Shown here: positions 49,413-59,164 of the stretch, piece after piece
How the letters are laid out: each line of letters begins with the position of its first letter
Numbering within the stretch: position 1 is the stretch's first letter
DNA from: Candidatus Woesearchaeota archaeon
GTDB lineage: Archaea > Nanobdellota > Nanobdellia > Woesearchaeales > JABGXB01
NCBI GenBank assembly: GCA_018675975.1
Contig: JABGXB010000003.1
Span: forward strand, 331,821 to 395,820
Direction: 5' to 3'
Length of the DNA: 64,000 nucleotides
Made by a program: the position numbers and the translations under genes
Notes under the pieces: generated by a model
What the model was told of the DNA's origin: nothing
Databases searched by the model: none
The model's input: only the letters and a program-made list of their open reading frames with translations

Positions 49413-50021
49413 ATGGAACATTATTTTATTCAAGACCCAAAAAGTGAAAGTAAAGAAAATAAAATAGAAATAAAAATATTTGACAAAAAATTAGAATTTT
49501 ATACAAATTCAGGAGTTTTTAGTAAAACTAAATTAGATGACAGATCAGAATTATTAATAAAAAATTGTATAATTCAACCAAATTGGAAAATATTAGATTA
49601 TGGATGCGGATGGGGTCCAATTGGAATAATACTTTTAAAAAAATACAATATAAATTGCACATTTATAGACACAAATCAAAGAGCAATTGAACTCACAAAA
49701 AAAAATATAGAATTAAATAATATAAAAAATAAATTTCAAATATTAAAATGTGACATAGAAGACAACACAATAAATAATAATAAAATAAAATTTGACAGCA
49801 TATTATTAAATCCACCATTAAAAAGTGGACTTAAAAACTGTAAAAGAATGTTTCTAAATGCATATAATAATTTAAAATTAAATGGAATACTTCAAATTGT
49901 TTATAGAAATAAAGTAGAAGGAAATGAATTTGAAAAATATATTAATAAAATATTTGGAAATTTTAATGTAATTACACAAAAAAGTAGAATTAAAGTAACA
50001 ATATGCAGAAAGTTAGAATAA
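49413..50021 (+). CDS. Class I SAM-dependent methyltransferase, RsmC/MTS-like
   Basis: MEHYF, SGVFS...LD..S.LL, LDYGCGWG.IG, NPP. Confidence 0.9.
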   Translation: MEHYFIQDPKSESKENKIEIKIFDKKLEFYTNSGVFSKTKLDDRSELLIKNCIIQPNWKILDYGCGWGPIGIILLKKYNINCTFIDTNQRAIELTKKNIELNNIKNKFQILKCDIEDNTINNNKIKFDSILLNPPLKSGLKNCKRMFLNAYNNLKLNGILQIVYRNKVEGNEFEKYINKIFGNFNVITQKSRIKVTICRKLE

Positions 50022-50081
50022 TTTAATTATTTTTATTTAAAAAAGCATTATATTTAAAAATGAAAAACATATAAAAGTTAT

Positions 50082-50702
50082 ATGGCACAAGTATTAGACT
50101 TATCATTAATTCAATATTTTTTACCAATTTTATTATTTTTAATAATTTGGGCAGTATTATATTCATTATTAAAAAATAAACAATACATTTCAGATAAAGA
50201 CTCAATAAACAGTTTAATAGCATTTATTGCATCATTATTAATTGTAATAGAATCAAATAGTGTATTATTTTTAGGAACACTTTTACCAATATTTCTTTTT
50301 ATTGCAGTAGCCACAATATTTTTCTTATTAATATTTTCATTTATAGGTTGGGAATCAAAAAGTTTAAATGAAGAAGTTGAAAGTAATAGCATAATTACTT
50401 GGGTAGTTGTAGTAATTGGATTTTTAATCGTTGCATATTCAGCAGGACAAATATTCGGTCAACAACTATTAGAATCCAGAAACCCAGATGGAGTTCCAAG
50501 CGACATAAAAAATGAATACGGTTTAAATGAAAAAAATAATATAATAAATTCCAATAATAATGAAATTAAAAGTACAGGAACAGGCGATTTTTTTTCAAAC
50601 TTAACAAATACATTATTTAATCCAAAAGTACTCGGGATGCTTTTAATTTTAATAGTGGGTGCATTAGTAATAATAATGTTAAGTATACCAGAAGATGACT
50701 AG
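50082..50702 (+). CDS. Multi-pass membrane protein (paralog 1)
   Basis: About 5 TM helices. Shares LIxYFxPI, NSxIA and NTLFNPKVxG with the next gene. Confidence 0.75.
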   Translation: MAQVLDLSLIQYFLPILLFLIIWAVLYSLLKNKQYISDKDSINSLIAFIASLLIVIESNSVLFLGTLLPIFLFIAVATIFFLLIFSFIGWESKSLNEEVESNSIITWVVVVIGFLIVAYSAGQIFGQQLLESRNPDGVPSDIKNEYGLNEKNNIINSNNNEIKSTGTGDFFSNLTNTLFNPKVLGMLLILIVGALVIIMLSIPEDD

Positions 50703-50710
50703 GTGATTTT

Positions 50711-51238
50711 TTGTCAATAGACATCACATTAATTAACTATTTTGCCCCAATAATTTTAATCATATTTTTATGGTCATTAATATTCGCATTATTACAAAAA
50801 TCAAAATATTTAACAGACAATTCTAATTTAAATAGTATAATTGCACTAACACTATCAATAATAACACTACAAGCAACCTCAGTAAGTAATTTCATTACAA
50901 ATTTAATACCATTTTTTGTTTTTGCAGTATTTGTAGTTTTTATATTAACATTTTTAATGTATGGAGCAGGAATCAAAAAACTCCAAATCGAAAATTATCC
51001 CACAACTATATGGATTATAATAATTGTATTTGCACTAATCATATTATGGGTAGGCGGAAATGTCTGGGGAAATACATTAATTGAAGATGATGAGGGTGGA
51101 CTAATTAAAAACAGATTAACAAATACAACTGATTTTAATACAAATATAATAAATACATTATTTAACCCAAAAGTAGCAGGAGCAATATTATTAATAGCAG
51201 CAATAGCATTAATTATAGTTTTTATAAAAGAAGATTAA
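50711..51238 (+). CDS. Multi-pass membrane protein (paralog 2)
   Basis: TTG start preceded by AGGTGA. Same motifs as paralog 1. Confidence 0.75.
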   Translation: MSIDITLINYFAPIILIIFLWSLIFALLQKSKYLTDNSNLNSIIALTLSIITLQATSVSNFITNLIPFFVFAVFVVFILTFLMYGAGIKKLQIENYPTTIWIIIIVFALIILWVGGNVWGNTLIEDDEGGLIKNRLTNTTDFNTNIINTLFNPKVAGAILLIAAIALIIVFIKED

Positions 51239-51257
51239 AAATAAAATAAACAAAAAT

Positions 51258-51992
51258 TTAAAACATATTATCTATTGACTCATCAGAATCATTCTGTGAA
51301 AAAATATCATCATTTTTATTTTTGACTTCTTTCTTTTTAACTGGTTTATTATCATCAACTTTTTTCACAGATTTAATTTCAGATTTTGTAGAAGAATTTT
51401 TAATTTGAGAAAGTTCCTTTGTAATTCTATCTAAAGAATGCATATTATCAATAAAACCTGGTAAAATTTTTTCAAAAACAGTTGTTAATGCCTTTAAATC
51501 CACACCAACATTTTTTACAGCAGATTCACTATCATGCATTCTATCAGTTAAAGCATTATGAATTTTTTCAAAATCATGTTGAACCACATTTAAATCATTT
51601 TCAATTTTATTAATTTTAATTTCCATCGATTCCTTCCATGTAATAATTTTATTAACATTATCCAAAAGTGCCTTCCATTTTTCTTCAATAATAGCTTCTG
51701 CAATTTGTGAAATTTGAATTGAAGAATTTTGATAAACATTTTGCTGTCTCTGTTGCATCGGAGGCGGCATATTTGGAGCTCCTGAAGGGGGGACATTTGG
51801 TGGCATACTGCCCATATTCATATTCGGTTGATTAACCATATTACCTACCTGTTCATTTAATTCTATTCGTCTTAAAGCCTCACTTATTTGTTCAGGCTTA
51901 AAACCTTGTTTCATTAACATTTGAAATATAACTTGATTTTCAAGTCCTTGTTTTTTTAACTTAATCAGCTGCTCAATTGGTAAATTATTCAT
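51258..51992 (-). CDS. Coiled-coil protein with Pro/Gln/Met-rich linker, pilus-locus associated
   Basis: Small N-terminal helical domain, PPNVPPSGAPNMPPP linker, IAEAIIEEKW coiled coil. Confidence 0.7.
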   Translation of the reverse strand: MNNLPIEQLIKLKKQGLENQVIFQMLMKQGFKPEQISEALRRIELNEQVGNMVNQPNMNMGSMPPNVPPSGAPNMPPPMQQRQQNVYQNSSIQISQIAEAIIEEKWKALLDNVNKIITWKESMEIKINKIENDLNVVQHDFEKIHNALTDRMHDSESAVKNVGVDLKALTTVFEKILPGFIDNMHSLDRITKELSQIKNSSTKSEIKSVKKVDDNKPVKKKEVKNKNDDIFSQNDSDESIDNMF

Positions 51993-52377
51993 CCTCTACC
52001 TTTTCTAATCTCGCATTAACAAACATATTATCAAATCTATTATTCATTTCAGACACCGTAACAAAATTTACTGGATTAAAAAACTCCAAATATTTAGTTA
52101 AGTATCTGATTTCATTCTCATCAGCTAATGATTTTAATTCTTTATTTACTAAACTTAATTTATCATTAATATTAATAAATTCTTTTTTAATTGAAATCAT
52201 CTCCATTTCAACAGATTTCAATTCATTTGATATAGATTTTTTATGTAAAATTTGATTTTGTTCAATAACAAGTGATTTTTTACGTAAATTACTATATCTC
52301 TCCTCCAAAATACGAATTCTTCTAAGTAAAGAAACCATATCTGTCGGATTCGAATCTAAACTAATTTTATTATCCAT
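51985..52377 (-). CDS. Coiled-coil protein, pilus-locus associated
   Basis: RRIRILEERYSNLRKK..LTKYLEFFNP. Divergent from the ATPase gene. Confidence 0.7.
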   Translation of the reverse strand: MDNKISLDSNPTDMVSLLRRIRILEERYSNLRKKSLVIEQNQILHKKSISNELKSVEMEMISIKKEFININDKLSLVNKELKSLADENEIRYLTKYLEFFNPVNFVTVSEMNNRFDNMFVNARLEKVEDE

Positions 52378-52498
52378 AGATAAAAATTAGAAAATCATGT
52401 TTATAAAACTTACTCGAGAAATATAATAAAATTAACAAAATAACATTAAATTTATTAAGCGACAAAAATAAAATACTTTAGGGGTGAGTATAGTCTAA

Positions 52499-54826
52499 AT
52501 GGCCGACTTTAATTTTGATATTAATAAAGCATCAAATAAAATTCAAAAAGTAAATAACTATCCTTTTGAAATTATAAGAGAAGGTGAAGAAGTAATAGTT
52601 AGAATAGATTATGAAAAAGCACCCTTTACTCCATCAATTGAAGATTCTTCTGACTGCATGGCAAATGTAATAGAAATATTAGCAGGAGTTAAAAATGCCA
52701 CAAAAATTTTATTTTTTCAAAAAAGAGATTATGAATATGATTATCAAACGGTACATTATTTAACACAGGTAGCTAGTGTACACAATAATATTCAAAAAAA
52801 TAAAGAATTATTTTCATATAATAATTTAGGACAAAAAAAAGAAGCAAGTGATTTTTATAATCAATGGTTTTACAATATTCAAAAAATAATTAATTCCAAA
52901 ATAAAATCTGATCCAGTTGGAGCATATGTAGAATTAATTAGATTATTAAGACAAGAAGAAACAATATATGTAAACAGAATTGGAATTAGAAATACAATAT
53001 TTAATCAAAATTACAAATATTTACTAAATTATATAAAAAAAGAATTAGAAAAAACAGATCTAATTCAAAGTTGTCAAAAAAAATTAGCAGGATATGATCC
53101 AAAATCCAGAACGTTCTATAGAGAAATATTCAAACCAACCATCAAACCAGATTTTATGTTCTCAAAATTAATGGGAAATTATCCAAAAGATGGAATTGAA
53201 GTTGAAAATTATATAATTGATAAAAATATTGATGTAAGTATATTTCAATTTGAAGATTCTATAAAATATTTATATCATATCACACCACCTGAATTCAAAT
53301 TAGATGAAGATAAATATGACTTATTAGATGTTGCTAGAAAAATAATGGCCGAACACAAACCAACAAAAGATGATTTTGTTCAACCCGAAAGATTAAGAGA
53401 AGTATTTAGCAATATTGGAATGGACTTAATAGAAGAACTTGCCAAATATAAAAAAATAAAATTAAAAGAAGGTGAAACAAAATTATTATCAGAAATTCTA
53501 ATAAGATATTCAGTTGGATTTGGACTATTAGAAGTACTATTAAAAGATCCCAATATACAAGATATAGCAGTTAACTCACCACTTGGAAATTTACCAATAT
53601 TTCTTGTACATTCAAAATTTGATGAATGTGAAACCAATATAATCCCAATGAAAAATGAAGCAGATAATTGGGCCTCCAAATTAAGAATGATTTCTGGAAG
53701 ACCATTAGATGAATCAAATCCAATTTTAGATACTGAATTAGAATTACCAGGAGTTAGTACAAGAGTTTCAGTAATATCACAACCGATTGACCCAACTGGA
53801 CTAGCCTTTTCATTAAGAAAGCATAGACCAAAACCTTGGACATTACCACTATTTGTAGAAAATGGAATGCTTACCTCTCTCGCAGCAGGATTTTTGAGTT
53901 TTTGTATTGATGGAACTAGATCAATGTTTATATGCGGAACAAGAGGATCAGGTAAAACAAGTTTACTAAATTCAATTATAACAGAAATGACAAGAAGAAA
54001 TAGAATTATTACAATTGAAGATACATTAGAACTCCCATTCACATCTTATAGAAAATTAGGTTATAATATAGTTCAAATGAAAGTAAGTAGTGCACTCTCA
54101 CAAAATAAAGGAGGAGAATTTACTGCAACTGAAGGTATAAGATCAACATTAAGACTTGGAGATTCATCATTAATTGTAGGTGAAGTTAGAAGTAAAGAAG
54201 CTGTAGCACTTTTTGAAGCAATGAGAGTTGGTGCAGGTGCAAATGTAACTGCAGGAACATTTCACGCAGATAATCCATTTGGTGTATTTGACAGAGTTGT
54301 AAATGCATTAAAAATTCCCCCAAGTTCATTTAAAGCATTAGATTTAATTGTAATAGCAAATCCAATTAAAAGTGCTGATGGTATGAAAAAAGTAAGAAGA
54401 GTTACACAAATAACAGAAGTAAGAAAAGATTGGTATTCAGATCCACTAAAAGAAGGAGGATTTGTAGATTTGTTCAAATATGATTCTAAATTAGATAAAT
54501 TAATTCCAACTGATGATTTATTAAATGGAAATAGTGAAATTTTAAAAACAATTGCAAGTAAAATAAGTGATTTTGTTGGTAATTGGGATTTAATGTGGGA
54601 AAATATTCAATTAAGATCTAAAACCAAAGAAACACTTGTAAATTACTCAAAAAAAATAAATGACAAATCAATTCTTGAAGCAGATTTTGTAATAGAATCT
54701 AATGATAAATTACACAAAGTCATTCAAGAAGTGAAATTAAAAAAAGGAATTATTGATTCCGAATTAGTTTTTGTAACGTGGGAAAATTGGCTAAGAAAAA
54801 AAATAAGATTAAAATATATTAAATAA
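52499..54826 (+). CDS. Type IV pilus / type II-IV secretion ATPase (TadA/VirB11/ArlI-like)
   Basis: GFGLLEVLLKDPNIQDI.VN, Walker A GTRGSGKT, IEDTLEL, VGEVR, GTFHA. Confidence 0.93.
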   Translation: MADFNFDINKASNKIQKVNNYPFEIIREGEEVIVRIDYEKAPFTPSIEDSSDCMANVIEILAGVKNATKILFFQKRDYEYDYQTVHYLTQVASVHNNIQKNKELFSYNNLGQKKEASDFYNQWFYNIQKIINSKIKSDPVGAYVELIRLLRQEETIYVNRIGIRNTIFNQNYKYLLNYIKKELEKTDLIQSCQKKLAGYDPKSRTFYREIFKPTIKPDFMFSKLMGNYPKDGIEVENYIIDKNIDVSIFQFEDSIKYLYHITPPEFKLDEDKYDLLDVARKIMAEHKPTKDDFVQPERLREVFSNIGMDLIEELAKYKKIKLKEGETKLLSEILIRYSVGFGLLEVLLKDPNIQDIAVNSPLGNLPIFLVHSKFDECETNIIPMKNEADNWASKLRMISGRPLDESNPILDTELELPGVSTRVSVISQPIDPTGLAFSLRKHRPKPWTLPLFVENGMLTSLAAGFLSFCIDGTRSMFICGTRGSGKTSLLNSIITEMTRRNRIITIEDTLELPFTSYRKLGYNIVQMKVSSALSQNKGGEFTATEGIRSTLRLGDSSLIVGEVRSKEAVALFEAMRVGAGANVTAGTFHADNPFGVFDRVVNALKIPPSSFKALDLIVIANPIKSADGMKKVRRVTQITEVRKDWYSDPLKEGGFVDLFKYDSKLDKLIPTDDLLNGNSEILKTIASKISDFVGNWDLMWENIQLRSKTKETLVNYSKKINDKSILEADFVIESNDKLHKVIQEVKLKKGIIDSELVFVTWENWLRKKIRLKYIK

Positions 54827-57063
54827 TGGCAGGAATAAGTGTAGAAGAATTAATGCAAAAGTATAAGAGTAAATTAGATTCAAATCTGACAAATGAAGAA
54901 CAAAATCAAAAATCTGAATATATAAAATCAGTTGATTATGAAACATTTAAAAAAGACAACATCCCAAAATCATTTTCATATTATGAAAAAGCATGTAATT
55001 TTGCAAAAAAAATATTACCAATTGGAGTAGATAAAAAAACACAAGAAAAATATGAAAAAGCAATACATACTGCTCACCTAAATTTAGATTCAACAGGAAT
55101 TGTAAGTTTAAGTTTATTAATACCATTTTTAGTATTATTATTAATAATCCCAATTGGATTTCTATTAAATGATATTATATTTTTTACATTTGCAGCATTA
55201 TTATGTGCAAGTGTAATTTATTTTTTATTAAACAAATTAATATTTAACTTAGCCAGAAATTGGAGACAAGAAGCAGGGAATCAAATGGTGCTTTCAGTTT
55301 TTTATATGGTTACATATATGAGACAAAATTCTAATTTTGAAAATGCATTATATTTTGCAGCAACACATATTGAAGGACCATTAGCACTAGATTTTAAAAA
55401 AATTATATGGGATGTACAAAGTGGAAAATATTTTACTTTAAATCAATCAATGGATGCATATTTAGAAACATGGCGTGACTATAATATGGAATTTATTGAA
55501 AGTGTACAATTAATACAATCATCACTTTTAGAAACTGATGAATCTAGAAGAGTTTTAATTTTAGAAAAATCATTATCAGTAATATTAGAAGAAACATATG
55601 AAAAAATGTTACATTACGCTCACGATTTACAAGGACCAATTCAAATTTTAAATATGCTTGGAATTGTTTTACCAATAATGGGATTAGTAATATTACCATT
55701 AGTTGTATCATTTTTTGAAAATGTACAATGGTATTATTTAGCTTTTGGATATAATATTTTAATACCATTTGGAGTTTACATATTAGGAAATAGATTATTT
55801 GAAAAAAGACCAGTTGGTTATGGATCACAAGATTATTCTAAATATTTAGATGCAACCCCAGACAAAGTTTCATTTTTAAAAATATTTAAAAATATTTCAT
55901 TAGTTGGAATATGTGTATTTGTTTTATTTTCAGGAATAATTTTTACATTAATGCCACAAATAATTCATACAACAACATTAGTTGGTGCACAAGATCCTGA
56001 CACAGGAGTTGAAGGCGTAACAATTTGGAGAAATGAATTTGGAGAAGTAGAAAATGATGACATTGAATTATATCCCTCCAATAATATAAAAAAAACAGGT
56101 ATTTATTTATTAGAATATAAATCATCCACATCAACACCACCAAAATTAGTAGGGCCATATGGACTCGGTGCAAGCATATTCTCATTTGGATTACCAATTG
56201 GTTTAGCATTAGCAATTGGAATATTTTTTTATTTTAAAACAAGATATGTTGTAAAAATTAGAGATAATGCAAAAGTAGTTGAAAAAGAATTTTCATCAGC
56301 ATTATTCCAATTAGGAAATAGATTAGGAGATGGAATTCCACTAGAAATTGCATTTGCAAAAGTTTCCAATAATATGCGCGGGACTATAAGTGGAAAACTA
56401 TTTCAAACAATTGCAACTAATGCAAGTGTCAGAGGACAAGATATAAAAACAGCAATATTTGATAGAAAAACAGGAGCAATCAAAGAATTTCCATCTAATA
56501 TAATTGAATCAAGTCTAAAAGTATTAGTTGAATCAGTAAGAAAAGGACCAAAAATTGCATCAATTGCCATAATGAATATATCTACATATATTAAAGAAAT
56601 ACATAAAGTTCATGAAAGGCTAAGAGATTTATTAACAGAAGTAATTTCAGGAATGAAAAGTCAAACAAAATTCTTAGCCCCAGTTATCGCATCCATAGTA
56701 GTTGGAATAACTTCAATGATTAATGCAATCATTTCACAATTAAATAATTCATTTCAAGAATTTAAAGGAGAAGGAACTAGTTCATTTGGTGCCGCAGGAC
56801 AAGGAGATGCAATTAGTACATTCATTAAAGATGGACTCCCAACCTATTATTTTCAAGTTATCGTAGGAATATATGTAGTTCAATTAATTTTCATTTTATC
56901 AGACATAATAAGCCAAATTGAAGACGGTAGTGATACGATATCACGCCAATATAATATTGGACAGAATTTAATAAAAGGTGGAATAACCTATACAGTATTG
57001 TCTTCTACTATGATAATTATATTTAATATTGTAGCAATTATAGTTATATCCCAAGTTGGATAG
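54826..57063 (+). CDS. Type IV pilus membrane platform protein (TadB/C / ArlJ-like, two T2SSF-type domains)
   Basis: Coupled to the ATPase (TAATG), many TM helices, GPLALDFKKI and EFSSALFQLGNRLGDGIPLE. Confidence 0.85.
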   Translation: MAGISVEELMQKYKSKLDSNLTNEEQNQKSEYIKSVDYETFKKDNIPKSFSYYEKACNFAKKILPIGVDKKTQEKYEKAIHTAHLNLDSTGIVSLSLLIPFLVLLLIIPIGFLLNDIIFFTFAALLCASVIYFLLNKLIFNLARNWRQEAGNQMVLSVFYMVTYMRQNSNFENALYFAATHIEGPLALDFKKIIWDVQSGKYFTLNQSMDAYLETWRDYNMEFIESVQLIQSSLLETDESRRVLILEKSLSVILEETYEKMLHYAHDLQGPIQILNMLGIVLPIMGLVILPLVVSFFENVQWYYLAFGYNILIPFGVYILGNRLFEKRPVGYGSQDYSKYLDATPDKVSFLKIFKNISLVGICVFVLFSGIIFTLMPQIIHTTTLVGAQDPDTGVEGVTIWRNEFGEVENDDIELYPSNNIKKTGIYLLEYKSSTSTPPKLVGPYGLGASIFSFGLPIGLALAIGIFFYFKTRYVVKIRDNAKVVEKEFSSALFQLGNRLGDGIPLEIAFAKVSNNMRGTISGKLFQTIATNASVRGQDIKTAIFDRKTGAIKEFPSNIIESSLKVLVESVRKGPKIASIAIMNISTYIKEIHKVHERLRDLLTEVISGMKSQTKFLAPVIASIVVGITSMINAIISQLNNSFQEFKGEGTSSFGAAGQGDAISTFIKDGLPTYYFQVIVGIYVVQLIFILSDIISQIEDGSDTISRQYNIGQNLIKGGITYTVLSSTMIIIFNIVAIIVISQVG

Positions 57064-57546
57064 CTAAAGAAAACGGTCAGATTTTTTTTTTTTTTTTGGT
57101 TTTTTAGGATTTTTATTTCTCTGTTTCATTGAAACTAAAACATCATCATATTTTATTATATTTGCCTTTAATTTTTCTAACTCTTTTAATGCACTTTTAA
57201 CTATTATTTCTTTAATTACTTTTACTTCTTTTTTTGAAATAAATTCCTCTTTTAATAATCGATCATCATTAACAAAGTTAGTTTCTTCTACAATATAAAT
57301 AGAAGCTACATTATCTAAAAGTTTTAATTTACCTTTTTCTAATTCATCAATATAAAATTCTTTTTCTTTAGTTTTAGTATTACAATGATAACCAACAGCA
57401 ATATCATTACCAGTTCCATAAGCCATTGAAAGTGCAAACATAATATCATTAGTTGCAAAAACAGCTTTTTCACCATCCATTGCATTATGTGAAAATGGTT
57501 TTAATACTTTTAAACCAGAGATTTTAGATACATGATATAATACCAC
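57064..57546 (-). CDS. Hypothetical protein with ADP-ribosyltransferase-fold-like N-terminus
   Basis: LYHVS...GLKVLKP...VFAT....A...A and a later ASIYIV strand resemble the H-Y class ART pattern. Confidence 0.5.
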   Translation of the reverse strand: MVLYHVSKISGLKVLKPFSHNAMDGEKAVFATNDIMFALSMAYGTGNDIAVGYHCNTKTKEKEFYIDELEKGKLKLLDNVASIYIVEETNFVNDDRLLKEEFISKKEVKVIKEIIVKSALKELEKLKANIIKYDDVLVSMKQRNKNPKKPKKKKKSDRFL

Positions 57547-57597
57547 ATAATAAAAAGAAGTTTAATACTTATAAAAATATAATAAAAAATAAAAAAA

Positions 57598-57671
57598 TGG
57601 GTCCTCTGGGATTTGAACCCAGGACACACCGGTCTTCAGCCGGACGCTCTGCCAGTCTGAGCTAAGGACCC
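57598..57671 (-). tRNA. trnF: tRNA-Phe (GAA), no intron, CCA not encoded
   Basis: GGGTCCT/AGGACCC-A acceptor, GCTC/GAGC D-stem, CCGG-CTGAAGA-CCGG anticodon arm, CTGGG-TTCAAAT-CCCAG T arm. Confidence 0.97.
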
Positions 57672-57724
57672 AATAAAACACAAAAATATAATTAGTTTAT
57701 AAAATTTATTGGCTTAAAAGTAAT

Positions 57725-57757
57725 AAAAAATAATTAAAAAAAATTAAAAATTAACGC
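57725..57757 (+). repeat. 33-bp direct repeat, copy 1
   Basis: AAAAAATAATTAAAAAAAATTAAAAATTAACGC, identical to 59132-59164. Confidence 0.85.
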
Positions 57758-58317
57758 CATACTAAATAAGGTAGAAAACTATTTTGAACAAAATTACTAT
57801 TATCAAAATCTCTTAAACTTTTGTCTAATGCTAATTTTGCATTATTAGTTCCATAAAAACTAGTTAAAAAGCAATTAGAATTTCCATTTATAGTTTCTAA
57901 AAATTTCACTTTATAATCCAACTGCTCCCTTGAAGGAGTTCCACAAATAATATTTACAAAATCATCTTTTTTTATCATCTTACATAAATGATTTATATGT
58001 TCATCAATTTGACTAAGATCATTATTTGCAGAAAAACCCATATATTTTAAACGCCTAGTCATAGATTCAAATTCAATACCCTTTTGAGCATAATCAGTTA
58101 ATAAAAAAATTTCATCAACCATATCTTCATCTAATAAACTTATAGTAGTAACTTTTTTAGGATTATATTGTTTAATTTTCCACCAAAGTCCATTACCCTT
58201 TATATTTGATTCAAACATCATATACAATTTTTTAAATTCACATATTGACGTAAAATCAACTCCTTCAAAAATACCACATTCTTTACTAGTTTCTATTCTT
58301 CCTTCATATTTTTCCAT
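57751..58317 (-). CDS. Hypothetical protein
   Basis: 188-aa ORF whose last codons and stop fall in repeat copy 1. Confidence 0.65.
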   Translation of the reverse strand: MEKYEGRIETSKECGIFEGVDFTSICEFKKLYMMFESNIKGNGLWWKIKQYNPKKVTTISLLDEDMVDEIFLLTDYAQKGIEFESMTRRLKYMGFSANNDLSQIDEHINHLCKMIKKDDFVNIICGTPSREQLDYKVKFLETINGNSNCFLTSFYGTNNAKLALDKSLRDFDNSNFVQNSFLPYLVWR

Positions 58318-58362
58318 AATATCACTTAAAAGAATAAAACAAAAAGTTTATATAAAATCTAA

Positions 58363-58381
58363 CTACTATAAAAATTAGTAG
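58363..58381. promoter_or_regulatory. Candidate TrmB operator (inverted repeat)
   Basis: CTACTA-N7-TAGTAG between the TATA box (58347) and the ATG (58385) of the TrmB-family gene. Confidence 0.55.
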
Positions 58382-58384
58382 CAA

Positions 58385-59140
58385 ATGGAACAATTAATTG
58401 AATCATTAAAATCTGCAGGGTTAAATAATAGAGAAGCTATTACTTATTTAGATTTACAAGAATATGGAGAAAGTCAAACTGGTAATATTTGTAAAAGAAC
58501 TAAAATTCCAAGTTCACAAATATATACAATATTAAATAATTTATTAGAAAAAGGACTTGTGAATTATAAAATAATAAATAATATTAAAATGTATAGAGCT
58601 TCAAATCCAGATACATTAGCAATATTATTTGAAGAAAAAGAAAATAGAATTGAAGAAGAAAAAAATAAATTATTAAATTTTATATCCAAATTAAAACAAA
58701 AACCAGAAGGAATATCTAAATATAGTGATTATAAATATTTTTATGGAATTCGAGGAATTAAATCTTTATATACAGAAATAATTAATTCATGGAAAAAAGG
58801 AGATGAATATTATATTGCCTCTGCACCATTAGAATCATTTAGTAAACTCGAAGGATTCTTTTTAGAAATAGTCCATAAAAAAAGAATAAAAGATAAAGTA
58901 AAATTAAAAATTCTATTAAATAAAAATAGTAAAAAATGGGGAGATATTAGAAAAAAAATGCCATTAACACAAGTTAAATATTTAGAAAGTGAAACAAAAA
59001 CTGAATACGGTGTTGTAAATGAATATTTTTTTATAATTTCATATGGAAAACAACCATATGGACTTTTAATAAAAGATAAGAACTTTTCAGAAACATATAA
59101 AGCATTATTTGAAATGTTATGGAATAATGCAAAAAAATAA
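58385..59140 (+). CDS. TrmB-family transcriptional regulator
   Basis: LKSAGLNNREA..YL.L...G...I...TKIP.S.IY..L..L.EKGLV wHTH, then Y.GI.GIK effector domain. Confidence 0.9.
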   Translation: MEQLIESLKSAGLNNREAITYLDLQEYGESQTGNICKRTKIPSSQIYTILNNLLEKGLVNYKIINNIKMYRASNPDTLAILFEEKENRIEEEKNKLLNFISKLKQKPEGISKYSDYKYFYGIRGIKSLYTEIINSWKKGDEYYIASAPLESFSKLEGFFLEIVHKKRIKDKVKLKILLNKNSKKWGDIRKKMPLTQVKYLESETKTEYGVVNEYFFIISYGKQPYGLLIKDKNFSETYKALFEMLWNNAKK

Positions 59141-59164
59141 TTAAAAAAAATTAAAAATTAACGC
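59132..59164 (+). repeat. 33-bp direct repeat, copy 2 (ssb stop plus terminator)
   Basis: Identical to 57725-57757. Confidence 0.85.

Noticed and set aside
51870..51992. MshEN c-di-GMP receptor motif at the N-terminus of the 244-aa coiled-coil protein
   Set aside because: LMKQGFKPEQISEAL resembles the second half of the motif but the key RLG residues are missing.
53380..54042. 220-aa antisense ORF, and similar shadow ORFs (e.g. 34638-35126, 36091-36450, 41915-42274)
   Set aside because: They lie opposite well-supported genes and reflect codon bias, with no independent signals.
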